Assembly: GCA_039807025.1 (NCBI GenBank)
Contig: JBDHQK010000001.1
Span: 1,418 to 65,417, forward strand
Direction: 5' to 3'
Source: Lacunisphaera sp.
GTDB taxonomy: Bacteria > Verrucomicrobiota > Verrucomicrobiia > Opitutales > Opitutaceae
Length of the DNA stretch: 64,000 nucleotides
Below are positions 33,380 to 42,500 of the stretch, one piece after another (position 1 is the stretch's first letter; every line of letters starts with the position of its first letter). A program made the position numbers and the translations under genes. The notes under the pieces were generated by a model. The model had not been told where the DNA came from. It did no database searches and saw nothing but the letters and a program-made list of their open reading frames with translations.

Positions 33380-34612
33380 GTGCACCTGCTCCGCCACTTC
33401 GACCTCGCCAGCTTCTTCAAGCTCACCACGCGTGAGCGCTTCGACGGGATCACTCCCGCATGCCTCTTGGTGCTGAGCCTGTTCGGCGTCTTTTTCATCT
33501 ACAGTGCCCAACTCGCGACCGAGCAGCACGACTGGACCAAGCAACTGGTCTGGCTGGCCATCGGGGCTGTCATCTACCTCACGACCGCGCTGCTCGATTA
33601 CCGGCTGTGGCTGAAATACGCCCACTTTGTCTACCTGTTCGCCCTCGCGCTCCTGCTTCTGGTGCTGATCCCGGGCGTCGGCACCACCCACAACATGGGC
33701 GCCCGCCGCTGGCTCGACATCCCCGGGCTCGGCGCCTTCCAACCCTCGGAATTCGCCAAGATCGCGGTGCTTTTCGCCACCGCCTCCATCCTCACCGGCT
33801 CCCGGCTCGGCACGGTCAAGGACTCGCTCCAGGTGCTCGTAAAATTGGCCCTTGCGGTGGGCATACCCATGCTGTTGATAATCGCCGAACCCGACCTGGG
33901 CAGCGCCCTCGTGATCGCGCCGATGGTCTTCGCCATGCTTTACGTTTCCAATCTCTCGACGCGGTTCTTTGCCGGGGCCCTGGGCGTGTTCGCCCTCCTC
34001 GTCGGCATCGTCGCCCTCGATGTCTGGAACTATGCCAACTTCATGGAGGATAACCACCTGGACTACATCAAGGACCGGGGTAAATACGAGAAACACTCCC
34101 TCCTCCCCCTGAAGGACTACCAGCGGGACCGCGTGCTGAACTTTGCCATGCCCGACAAGGTGGACCCCATGGGCATCGGCTGGAACAGCCGCCAGTCGCT
34201 CATCTCCGTCGGCTCCGGCGGCCTCACCGGCAAGGGCTGGACCGAGGGCACGCAGGCCAAGCTCGGCTACCTGCCGCGCGCCGTCGCGCACAACGACTTT
34301 ATTTTCTCGGTCATCGCCGAGGAGAAGGGATTTTTGGGAAGCATCACCGTCATCGGATTGTTTGGCGTGGTGTTGTGGAACGGACTGCGGATCGCCGGGC
34401 TCGCCCGCGACCGCTTCGGCGCGCTCCTGGCGCTGGGTGTCACGGTGCTCTTCGCCGTGCATGTGTTCGTCAACATCGCCATGACCATCGGCCTGATGCC
34501 GGTTAAAGGCATACCGCTCCCCTTCATCAGCTACGGCGGCACCTTCGTGCTCAGCTGCTGCTTGCTGCAAGGACTGGTCCAAAGCGTCTATCGGTTTCGG
34601 AGGGACTTCTAA
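33380..34612 (+). CDS. rodA: SEDS peptidoglycan glycosyltransferase RodA
   Basis: [58 protein letters not shown]. Confidence 0.9.
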   Translation: MHLLRHFDLASFFKLTTRERFDGITPACLLVLSLFGVFFIYSAQLATEQHDWTKQLVWLAIGAVIYLTTALLDYRLWLKYAHFVYLFALALLLLVLIPGVGTTHNMGARRWLDIPGLGAFQPSEFAKIAVLFATASILTGSRLGTVKDSLQVLVKLALAVGIPMLLIIAEPDLGSALVIAPMVFAMLYVSNLSTRFFAGALGVFALLVGIVALDVWNYANFMEDNHLDYIKDRGKYEKHSLLPLKDYQRDRVLNFAMPDKVDPMGIGWNSRQSLISVGSGGLTGKGWTEGTQAKLGYLPRAVAHNDFIFSVIAEEKGFLGSITVIGLFGVVLWNGLRIAGLARDRFGALLALGVTVLFAVHVFVNIAMTIGLMPVKGIPLPFISYGGTFVLSCCLLQGLVQSVYRFRRDF

Positions 34613-34716
34613 CATGGGTCTCCTGCCACGCCATATTGACCGTTTTGCCGGAATCTCCTGCACACAGCCTGCTGGACACGGGCGCCCCGTCACAACCACC
34701 CGGGACCAACCCCACC

Positions 34717-36462
34717 ATGAACGACCAGCCCTCCAACCCCGGCTCCCCCGCGGACGCCGCCTCACGCCATGAAGAGGAACTTCAGCAGCCCCCGCCCCAG
34801 AAGCACACGGAACCCCTTACCGCCGAGCAGCTGCGCAAGGATTCCAAGGAACGCGCCGCCGACCGGCCCATCCTCCAGAAAATCCTGAGCATTTTCCGGA
34901 AGGAAAAAGGCGCCTTCCGCGAGCTCGTCATCAACTCCGAACCCCTCGAGAAGCGCGTCGCGCTCCTCGTGGACGGCACCCTCGATCGCTTCGAGATCGA
35001 GCGCGAGTCCGACTCCCGCATGGTCGGCGGCATCTACAAGGGCCGCGTCAAGAACCTCGACCCCGGCCTCAAGGCCGCCTTCGTCGACATCGGCTACAAC
35101 AAGAACGCCTTCCTCCACTACTGGGACATGCTCCCCGCCGCCGCCGACTCCTCCGTCGAGGTCGTCCGCGTCAACAAGAAGAAGGACGCCGGCCCCCGCA
35201 AGGCCGAACCCACGGTGAAGGACATCCCCGGCCTCTACCCGCCGGGCTCCGAGATCGTCATCCAGGTCACCAAGGGGCCCATCGGCACCAAGGGCCCGCG
35301 CACCACGACCAACCTCTCCCTCCCCGGCCGCTACCTCATCCTCACGCCGTTCTCCGACGGCTGCGGCATCTCCCGCAAGATCGAGGACCCCGCCGAGCGC
35401 AAGCGCCTCAAGACCCTCATCAACGAGCTCACCATCCCTGAAGGCATGGGCGTCATCGTCCGCACCGCCGGCGAGGGCAAGAAGCCGCGCTACTTCGTCC
35501 GCGACCTCCACCTCCTCCTCGCCAAGTGGACCGAGATCCAGCGCAAGATGGAGACCGATCGCGCCCCCGCCTGCCTCTACCAAGAGCCCGACATCGTCGA
35601 GCGCACCGTGCGCGACTTCCTTACCGAGGACATCGACCGCGTGCTCGTGGACAACGAGGACGACTACAAGCGCACCCTGGAATACGTCGGCCAGATCTCC
35701 TCCCGCTCCAAGGGCAAGATCGCCCACTACAAGGACTCCATCCCGGTCTTCGAGCGCTACAACATCGAGCGCCAGATCGAGCAGACCTTCCAGCGCCGCG
35801 TCCCCCTGCCCTCCGGCGGCGAGATCGTCATCGACGAGACCGAGGCCCTCATCTCCATCGACGTCAACACCGGCTCCCACAAGAGCCGCTCCGGCGACGA
35901 GAAGAACACCATCTTCCAGGTCAACATGGAGGCCGCGGTCGAGATCGCGCGCCAGATCCGGCTCCGCAACATCGGCGGCCTCGTGATCATGGACTTCATC
36001 GACATGAAGGAGCGCCGCCACCGCAACGCCGTCTTCGACAAGATGGTCGAGCTCATGTCGGAGGACAAGGCCAAGACCCACATCCTGCCCATCTCGTCGC
36101 TCGGCATCATGCAGATGACCCGCCAGCGCCAGCAGGAGTCGCTCTCGGCCAACCTCTACACCAGCTGCCCCTACTGCCGCGGCCGCGCCATGGTGAAGAG
36201 CGCCACGACGATGTCCGTCGAGCTGCAACGCAAGCTCTCGTCCGTCGCCCGCCGCCTCCAAGCCCGCAAGGACGGCAAGGAATACTCGCTCCGCGTCCAC
36301 GTGCACCCGTCCATTCTGGAGCGCCTGCGCTCCGAGGACTCGGAGCTCCTGGTCCGCGTCGAGAAGACCTACGGCGTGAAACTGGCCTTCCGCGCCGACC
36401 CCAACTACCACGTGGAAAACTTCAAAATTATTAACGCCAACACCAACGAGGAATACCGCTAA
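34717..36462 (+). CDS. Rne/Rng family ribonuclease
   Basis: [55 protein letters not shown]. No long RNase E scaffold region. Confidence 0.93.
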   Translation: MNDQPSNPGSPADAASRHEEELQQPPPQKHTEPLTAEQLRKDSKERAADRPILQKILSIFRKEKGAFRELVINSEPLEKRVALLVDGTLDRFEIERESDSRMVGGIYKGRVKNLDPGLKAAFVDIGYNKNAFLHYWDMLPAAADSSVEVVRVNKKKDAGPRKAEPTVKDIPGLYPPGSEIVIQVTKGPIGTKGPRTTTNLSLPGRYLILTPFSDGCGISRKIEDPAERKRLKTLINELTIPEGMGVIVRTAGEGKKPRYFVRDLHLLLAKWTEIQRKMETDRAPACLYQEPDIVERTVRDFLTEDIDRVLVDNEDDYKRTLEYVGQISSRSKGKIAHYKDSIPVFERYNIERQIEQTFQRRVPLPSGGEIVIDETEALISIDVNTGSHKSRSGDEKNTIFQVNMEAAVEIARQIRLRNIGGLVIMDFIDMKERRHRNAVFDKMVELMSEDKAKTHILPISSLGIMQMTRQRQQESLSANLYTSCPYCRGRAMVKSATTMSVELQRKLSSVARRLQARKDGKEYSLRVHVHPSILERLRSEDSELLVRVEKTYGVKLAFRADPNYHVENFKIINANTNEEYR

Positions 36463-36488
36463 GCAATCGTTCCCTTTCTCGTTCTCCC

Positions 36489-36524
36489 AAACGCCCGGCC
36501 TCACCGCCGGGCGTTTACTTTTTC
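36489..36524 (+). terminator. Intrinsic terminator after the rne/rng gene
   Basis: AAACGCCCGGC..GCCGGGCGTTT-ACTTTTT. Confidence 0.8.
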
Positions 36525-36679
36525 ATGCCAAAAACTCCTGCCACGCCATGGCCTTGGCGATGACGAACTCCGGTGGAGAAAACAATCGGCCCTCACATTT
36601 AATTCACCGGCCTTTCGCAAAGAAACCCATTGCCCGGACTTGGAGTTGAAGTAGAAGGGTTCGGCCCGGCCATCCCGCC

Positions 36680-38011
36680 ATGGATCAGAAAGCGCCCCCT
36701 CCGCCTGCCGTCGACCCCAAGGCGACCACCCCCTCCTCCGCCGCCGTTCGCGCGAAGGCCGCCTACGACCGGCTGTTCCCGCCAGATTCGCCCCAGCGCA
36801 AGGCCGGACCATGGGTATTGATCGCAGCCGCGCTCATCGTGCTGTTCATGGCGAAATGCGCGGTATCCTCCGCGAGCGACAAGATTTCCGCCGTCACCCA
36901 GGCCCGCGCCGAGGAGAAACGGGTGCGGACGACCGGCGTGCTACGCGTAAAATCCAACCGCCCCGAGGCGACGGTCGAGGCCACGCGCCTCGCGTCCACA
37001 GGCGCCCCCTCGACCAACCGTGTCGATGGCACCCTCGGTCAGGCATTGCCCAACCTGCCACCGGGAAAATACGCCGTGAAGCTCCGGGCCGAAGGCTGGC
37101 CCGACGCGAGCGGCGAGGTGGACGTGCCACCCGGGCAGCAGACCGAGGCCACGATCAACTTCCCGAGCGGCTCGCTCAGGCTCGACACCGTCCCGAGCGG
37201 CGCGATCGTGAAACAGGGCAAGGCCTTGCTCGGCAAGACACCTCTCGTGATTCCGCAACTGCCGCCCGGCGAGAACTCCCTCTCCCTCGAATACCCGTCC
37301 TGGCCGGCGGTCGCCCACACCGTCACCATCACCGAGGGTCAGGAAGCCACCACCACTGTGCGCCTGCCCCATGGCCGCCTCGTCGTGGACAGCTTCCCGG
37401 CCGGCGCAACCGTCGTCTGGCAGGACAAGGCCTACAACAAGACCCCCCTCTTCTTCGATCCCATCGCGGCCGGCGCGCACAAGCTCACGCTGCAGGCCCG
37501 GGATTTTCCGCCCATGGAGGTGTCCGTCACGGTGACTGACGGCGCGGAAACAAAGATCCGCCCCGTCCTCGGCACGGCCTTCCCGCTGCTGGATCCCGCC
37601 GAGCTCCTGCGCGCCGTGTGGCTGCCCGACGATTCATCCGTGCCGCGCGCCACCACCGGCATCTACCGCCCGAAGAACGATGTCGTTAAAAACCTCCAGC
37701 GCGAGCGCCTCTACAACGGCTGGCTGCGCAAGATCTATCGTTTCGCCGGCCCGGTCAAAAGCTACGACGCCGCCACCGGCCGCGTGGAGTTCGCCGAGCA
37801 GAAAAGCGAGCTGGCCCGCTATCGCGTGGTGGCCCAGGTCAGCCCCGGCACGCCGTCTCCCCTACCGGACCAGAAGGACACCAAGGACAAGACGCCCGTC
37901 GTGCGCGCACTCTACGGCCGACTCACCGCCGTCGAGGAACCCGCCTGGCCGTCCCGCGTCATCACCCTCGAGCTGACCGACGCGGATTTCCTGCCCGAGG
38001 GCACGCCGTGA
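36680..38011 (+). CDS. Membrane-anchored PEGA-domain protein
   Basis: One TM and three PEGA-like repeats (GSLRLDTVPSGA..LGKTPL, GRLVVDSFPAGA..KTPL). Confidence 0.8.
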   Translation: MDQKAPPPPAVDPKATTPSSAAVRAKAAYDRLFPPDSPQRKAGPWVLIAAALIVLFMAKCAVSSASDKISAVTQARAEEKRVRTTGVLRVKSNRPEATVEATRLASTGAPSTNRVDGTLGQALPNLPPGKYAVKLRAEGWPDASGEVDVPPGQQTEATINFPSGSLRLDTVPSGAIVKQGKALLGKTPLVIPQLPPGENSLSLEYPSWPAVAHTVTITEGQEATTTVRLPHGRLVVDSFPAGATVVWQDKAYNKTPLFFDPIAAGAHKLTLQARDFPPMEVSVTVTDGAETKIRPVLGTAFPLLDPAELLRAVWLPDDSSVPRATTGIYRPKNDVVKNLQRERLYNGWLRKIYRFAGPVKSYDAATGRVEFAEQKSELARYRVVAQVSPGTPSPLPDQKDTKDKTPVVRALYGRLTAVEEPAWPSRVITLELTDADFLPEGTP

Positions 38012-38107
38012 CACCGGGCTGACCACCTGCGTCTCCCGCGCCGACGGTTGCGACCCCTTCCGCCTGATTTGGTTGGAATCCCGGCGCGGTCTGGCTTCTC
38101 TTACCCC

Positions 38108-38989
38108 ATGATCCCCCGTCATCTCCGCTCCGCGTTGTTCCTTATTGCCGGGTCAGTCCTCGCGACCGGCCTGTTTGCCCAAGCCCCCGCCATCGCGTTT
38201 CCCGCCGCCAGCCCCGCCGGCTCGATCAAGCAGAAGGTCGGCGTCGCCGATCTCGAGGTGTCCTACAATCGCCCCAGTGCCCGGGGCCGCACGATCTTCG
38301 GCGGCCTCGTGCGCTACGACGCCATCTGGCGCACCGGCGCCGACACTGCCACCCGACTGAAACTCTCCGCCCCGGCCAAGCTCAACGGCACCCCCATCCC
38401 CGCCGGCACCTACGAACTCTTCACCATCCCCGGCAAGGCCGAGTGGACCATCATCCTCCAGGCCGCGAAGGATCGCCCGCAATGGGGTTCCTACGCCTAC
38501 GACCAGAAAAACGACACGGTCCGCTTCACCGCCAAGCCTGTCGCCCTCGCCGCGCCCATCGAGTCCCTCACCTTCGAGATCGCCGATCTCACCGCCGGCT
38601 CCGCCACGCTCGCCCTCGCCTGGGAGAAGACCCGCGTGCCCATCACGGTCGAGATCGACAATGCCGGCGCTCTCGTCCCGCAGATCGAGGCGGTCATGGC
38701 CTCCGCCGCCGAGAAAAAGCCCTACTTCGAGTCCGCGATGTTCTACTACGCGAACAACCTCGATCTCGACAAGGCCCTCGCCTGGATGGATGCCGGCCTC
38801 GCCACCCAACCCAAGGCCTACTGGATGATCTACCGCAAGGGCCTCCTGCTCGCCAAAAAGGGCGACAAGGCGGGCGCCATCGCCGCCGCCAAGCTATCCA
38901 TGAAACTCGCCGCGCAGGAAAACCGCGGCACTGAGATGGAGCAGGAATACACCCGCCTCAACCAGGCCCTGATCGACAGCCTGAAGTAA
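38108..38989 (+). CDS. DUF2911 domain protein with a C-terminal TPR, exported
   Basis: ASP..YNRPSARGRTIFGGLV..WRTGA, AGTYELFTIP, WGSY. Confidence 0.85.
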   Translation: MIPRHLRSALFLIAGSVLATGLFAQAPAIAFPAASPAGSIKQKVGVADLEVSYNRPSARGRTIFGGLVRYDAIWRTGADTATRLKLSAPAKLNGTPIPAGTYELFTIPGKAEWTIILQAAKDRPQWGSYAYDQKNDTVRFTAKPVALAAPIESLTFEIADLTAGSATLALAWEKTRVPITVEIDNAGALVPQIEAVMASAAEKKPYFESAMFYYANNLDLDKALAWMDAGLATQPKAYWMIYRKGLLLAKKGDKAGAIAAAKLSMKLAAQENRGTEMEQEYTRLNQALIDSLK

Positions 38990-39093
38990 GCCGCCGGCTG
39001 TTCCGAAACCTTGCCGCCGGGACGCCGTCTCACCGCCGGCGCCCCGGCGCGCCTTTCACCCCTCGTTCATCCGGCCCCAATCCCCGAGACACC

Positions 39094-39690
39094 ATGAAGC
39101 CCGTCCCGCTCGCCTGCACCCTGCTTGCCGCCCTCGCGGGCACCGCCACGTTCAACGCGCAAAGCATACCGACCCCGGCCACGACCTCCGCTCCAGCCCC
39201 CGCGCCGCGCCAGCGCACCAGCCCGCACGAGACCATCAGCGCGCGCATCGACACCGGTCGCATCACCGTCGTTTACGGCCGCCCCTATTCCAAGAATCCA
39301 AAGACCGGCGAGCTCCGCAAGATCTGGGGCGTGCTCATCCCAGCCGGCACGCCTTGGCGCACCGGTGCCGACGAGGCCACGCTCTTCATCACCCAGCTCC
39401 CCCTCGATCTCGCCGGCACGCACCTGCCCGCCGGCGCCTACACCCTCTACACCCTGCTCGCCGAGGACGGCTCCGCCCAGCTCCTCATCAACAAGCGGCT
39501 CGGCCAGTGGGGCGCCGATCCCTACGACGCCACCCAGGAATTCGCGAGAGTCCCGCTCACCAAGGAGCCCCTCGAGCCCCAGCTCGACCAGTTCACCATG
39601 GCCCTCGAGCGCAACCCGGCCGGCGGCGGCACCCTCCGCTTGAAGTGGGAGACCACGCAATACTCCGTGCCCTTCACCGTCAAAAAATAA
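39094..39690 (+). CDS. DUF2911 domain protein, exported
   Basis: TSP..YGRPY..IWG..WRTGADEAT, AGAYTLYT, GQWG. Confidence 0.85.
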   Translation: MKPVPLACTLLAALAGTATFNAQSIPTPATTSAPAPAPRQRTSPHETISARIDTGRITVVYGRPYSKNPKTGELRKIWGVLIPAGTPWRTGADEATLFITQLPLDLAGTHLPAGAYTLYTLLAEDGSAQLLINKRLGQWGADPYDATQEFARVPLTKEPLEPQLDQFTMALERNPAGGGTLRLKWETTQYSVPFTVKK

Positions 39691-39700
39691 CGCGCCCCCC

Positions 39701-42259
39701 ATGGCTCTCACCTTCTGGCCCCGCGCGTTTCTCCTGCTCGCCGCTGCCACCACCGCGGCCACCGCGGCCTTCACCCCCCTCACCCCCGCCGAGATCCGGC
39801 AGGAGCTCCGCAGCCTCGGCACCACCGGCACCGTCCTGCACATCGGTGCGCACCCCGACGACGAGAACACCGAGCTCATCACCTGGCTCTCCCTTGGCCG
39901 CGGTTATCGCGCCGCCTATCTCTCGCTGACGCGCGGGGACGGAGGCCAGAACGAGCTCGGCAAGGACTTCGACGAGAAACTTGGCGTCCTCCGCACCCAG
40001 GAACTCCTCGCCGCCCGCCGCCTCGACCACGGCCGCCAGTTCTTCACCCGCGCCATTGACTTCGGCTACTCCAAGACGCCCGAGGAGACGTTGAAATTCT
40101 GGGATCGCGACGCCGTGCTCGGCGACGTGGTGCGCGTCATCCGCCAGTTCCGGCCCGATGTCATCGTCACCCGTTTCCCCATCCCGCCCGGCAGCGGCGG
40201 CCACGGGCACCACACCGCCTCGGCCATCCTCGCCGTCGAGGCTTTCAATCTCGCCGGTGACCCCAAGGCCTATCCCGAGCAACTCGCGCAGGGTCTCACC
40301 GTCTGGCAGCCCAGGCGCGTGCTCTGGAATTCCTTCCGCTTCGGCTCCGCCGGTCCGGGCCCGCTCAATGGCCCCGTCTTCAAGCAGGACATCGGCGGCA
40401 CGGATCCCGTCAGCGGCCAGGAATTCGGCACCATCGCCGCCCACAGCCGCTCCATGCACCGGACGCAGGGCCTCGCCGGCGCCGCCAGCCGCGCCCGCAC
40501 CGGCGCCAACGAACAGACCTTCATGCTGCTCGCCGGTGAGCCTTTGCCGGGCGACCGGCCCGGACAAACACCGGCCGGCCAGCAGGCCGGAACGGTGCCC
40601 ACCGGCGACCTCATGGATGGCGTGGGCACGACCTGGACGCGTTATTCCGGCGGCGCGGAAATCGACGACGCCCTCAAGGCGATCATCGCCGATTTCAAAG
40701 CCGACGATCCCGCCGCCTCCGTGCCAACCCTGCTCGCGCTCCGCCCCAAGCTCGCCGCCCTCCCGCCCGATCCGCTCGTCACCGACAAGCTCGCCCAACT
40801 CGACCGCATCATCCTCTCCTGCCTCGGTCTCAAGGTCGAAACCACCGTGTCCCGGGCCGAGGTCGTCCCCGGCGAGACCGTCCAGATCCGCTACGCGATC
40901 AGCCTCACCGCCCGCAACATCCCGGTCCGCTACGCCTTCACTCGCAGCCCGGCCTTGAAAGGCGCGGTCGAGCTCGACCGCGAGCTCGTTGCCGGCCAGA
41001 CGCTCGAGGACAACCTGAACGGCGTGCTCCTAGCCCATGCGCCGCTCACACAACCCTACTGGCTGCGCGCCGACGGCGCCGCGGGCCTCGCCCAAGTGGA
41101 TGATGCCACCCTGATCGGCCGACCGGAAAATCCGCCCGCCCTGCCGCTGACCCACGCCTTCATCATCGGTGGCCAGACGTTCCTCCTTTCCGACGAACCT
41201 GTGCCACATACCCCGGATGCGGGCCGCCAGCATCTCGATGTCATCCCGCCCGTCTCGCTCGCGCTGGGCGCTGACATCTATGTCGTCGCCCCCGGCGCCA
41301 CCAAGTCCGTGACGGTCGAGATCACGGCCGCGCGCGCCGGCAGCCAAGGCGTGCTCCGTCTCGAGGCTCCGGCCGGCTGGACCATCGCCCCCGCGCCGCA
41401 GGCCTTCCGCCTGCCCGGCGTCGGCGACAAGGCCAGCTTCACCTTCATGCTCACCGCGCCAATCCACGCGACCGGTAACCAAGGAAGTATCCGCGCCGTG
41501 GCCGCCATCGGTGGCCAAGATTATTCCAACCGGCGCGAGGAACTGCGCTATGCCCACCTCCCGGTCCAGTTGCTCCAGCCCCCGGCACGTGCCCGCCTCG
41601 CCAGCTTCCCGCTCGCCACCAAGGGCCGCACCGTCGGCTACCTGCCGGGTGCCGGTGACTCCGTGGCCGAATGCATCGAACAGATGGGCTACGTCGTCCG
41701 CTCTCTGACCGGCGCGGACCTGAAGCCCGAAAAACTCCGGGGCCTCGACGCCGTCGTCATCGGCGTGCGCGCCTTCAACGAGCGCACCGACCTGCAGGAC
41801 GCGTTCCCCGGCCTGCTCGCCTGGGTCGAGCATGGCGGCACCGTCATCGCGCAATACAACCGCCCCAACGGCCTGCTGGCCACGACGCTCGGACCCTATG
41901 CCCTCTCCATCGAGGGCCCGGCCCCGGCGCTGCGCGTCACCGACGAGACCGCGCCCGTCACGCTGCTCGCGCCCGATCACGCGGCGCTCAACACCCCCAA
42001 CCAGATCAACCCCGCCGACTTTGACGGCTGGGTGCAGGAGCGCGGCGCATATTTCCCCAGCAAATGGGACGAGGCGCACTACACCGCCCTCCTCGGCATG
42101 AGCGACCCGGGCGAAGCCCCGCTGCGGAGCAGCCTCCTCGTCGCACGCCACGGCAAGGGATACTACGTTTACACCGGCCTCGGTTTCTTCCGCCAGCTCC
42201 CCGCCGGCGTGCCCGGCGCCTACCGGCTCTTCGCGAACTTGGTCTCGCTGGGAAAATGA
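39701..42259 (+). CDS. Large exported PIG-L/LmbE family deacetylase with Ig-like (NEW3) and class I GATase-like domains
   Basis: Signal peptide, AHPDDEN, TRGDGGQN, DFGYSK, HGHHTAS. C-terminal VGYLPGAGD..GWVQERG..FFRQLPAG. Confidence 0.9.
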   Translation: MALTFWPRAFLLLAAATTAATAAFTPLTPAEIRQELRSLGTTGTVLHIGAHPDDENTELITWLSLGRGYRAAYLSLTRGDGGQNELGKDFDEKLGVLRTQELLAARRLDHGRQFFTRAIDFGYSKTPEETLKFWDRDAVLGDVVRVIRQFRPDVIVTRFPIPPGSGGHGHHTASAILAVEAFNLAGDPKAYPEQLAQGLTVWQPRRVLWNSFRFGSAGPGPLNGPVFKQDIGGTDPVSGQEFGTIAAHSRSMHRTQGLAGAASRARTGANEQTFMLLAGEPLPGDRPGQTPAGQQAGTVPTGDLMDGVGTTWTRYSGGAEIDDALKAIIADFKADDPAASVPTLLALRPKLAALPPDPLVTDKLAQLDRIILSCLGLKVETTVSRAEVVPGETVQIRYAISLTARNIPVRYAFTRSPALKGAVELDRELVAGQTLEDNLNGVLLAHAPLTQPYWLRADGAAGLAQVDDATLIGRPENPPALPLTHAFIIGGQTFLLSDEPVPHTPDAGRQHLDVIPPVSLALGADIYVVAPGATKSVTVEITAARAGSQGVLRLEAPAGWTIAPAPQAFRLPGVGDKASFTFMLTAPIHATGNQGSIRAVAAIGGQDYSNRREELRYAHLPVQLLQPPARARLASFPLATKGRTVGYLPGAGDSVAECIEQMGYVVRSLTGADLKPEKLRGLDAVVIGVRAFNERTDLQDAFPGLLAWVEHGGTVIAQYNRPNGLLATTLGPYALSIEGPAPALRVTDETAPVTLLAPDHAALNTPNQINPADFDGWVQERGAYFPSKWDEAHYTALLGMSDPGEAPLRSSLLVARHGKGYYVYTGLGFFRQLPAGVPGAYRLFANLVSLGK

Positions 42260-42282
42260 ACAACCGCCCTGATTCTCTTTCC

Positions 42283-42367
42283 GTCATTGCGAGAAGCGCA
42301 GCGACGAAGCAATCCATGCGTCGGGCAGCTGGATCGCCACGGCCGGCTGCGCCGTCCTCGCGATGAC
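42283..42367. repeat. Palindromic REP/RPE-like element (GTCATTGCGAG...CTCGCGATGAC)
   Basis: Terminal inverted repeats with internal GAAGCAATCC / GGATCGCCAC arms. Confidence 0.8.
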
Positions 42368-42500
42368 AAAAAAAGAAAATAACGATGACGCTCCCGGCGT
42401 GCCCGGTTTCCGCACGTGGCGCGGCGTCTACCTGTTTGTCTTCGGCTGCTTTCTCCTGGTGGTGCTCGCGCTGACCCTGTTCGCGCGCTTCTACGCATGA
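42363..42500 (+). CDS. 45-aa single-TM protein upstream of the SSS transporter
   Basis: Manual translation MTKKENNDDAPGVPGFRTWRGVYLFVFGCFLLVVLALTLFARFYA*. Its TGA overlaps the symporter ATG (ATGA). Confidence 0.75.
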   Translation: MTKKENNDDAPGVPGFRTWRGVYLFVFGCFLLVVLALTLFARFYA

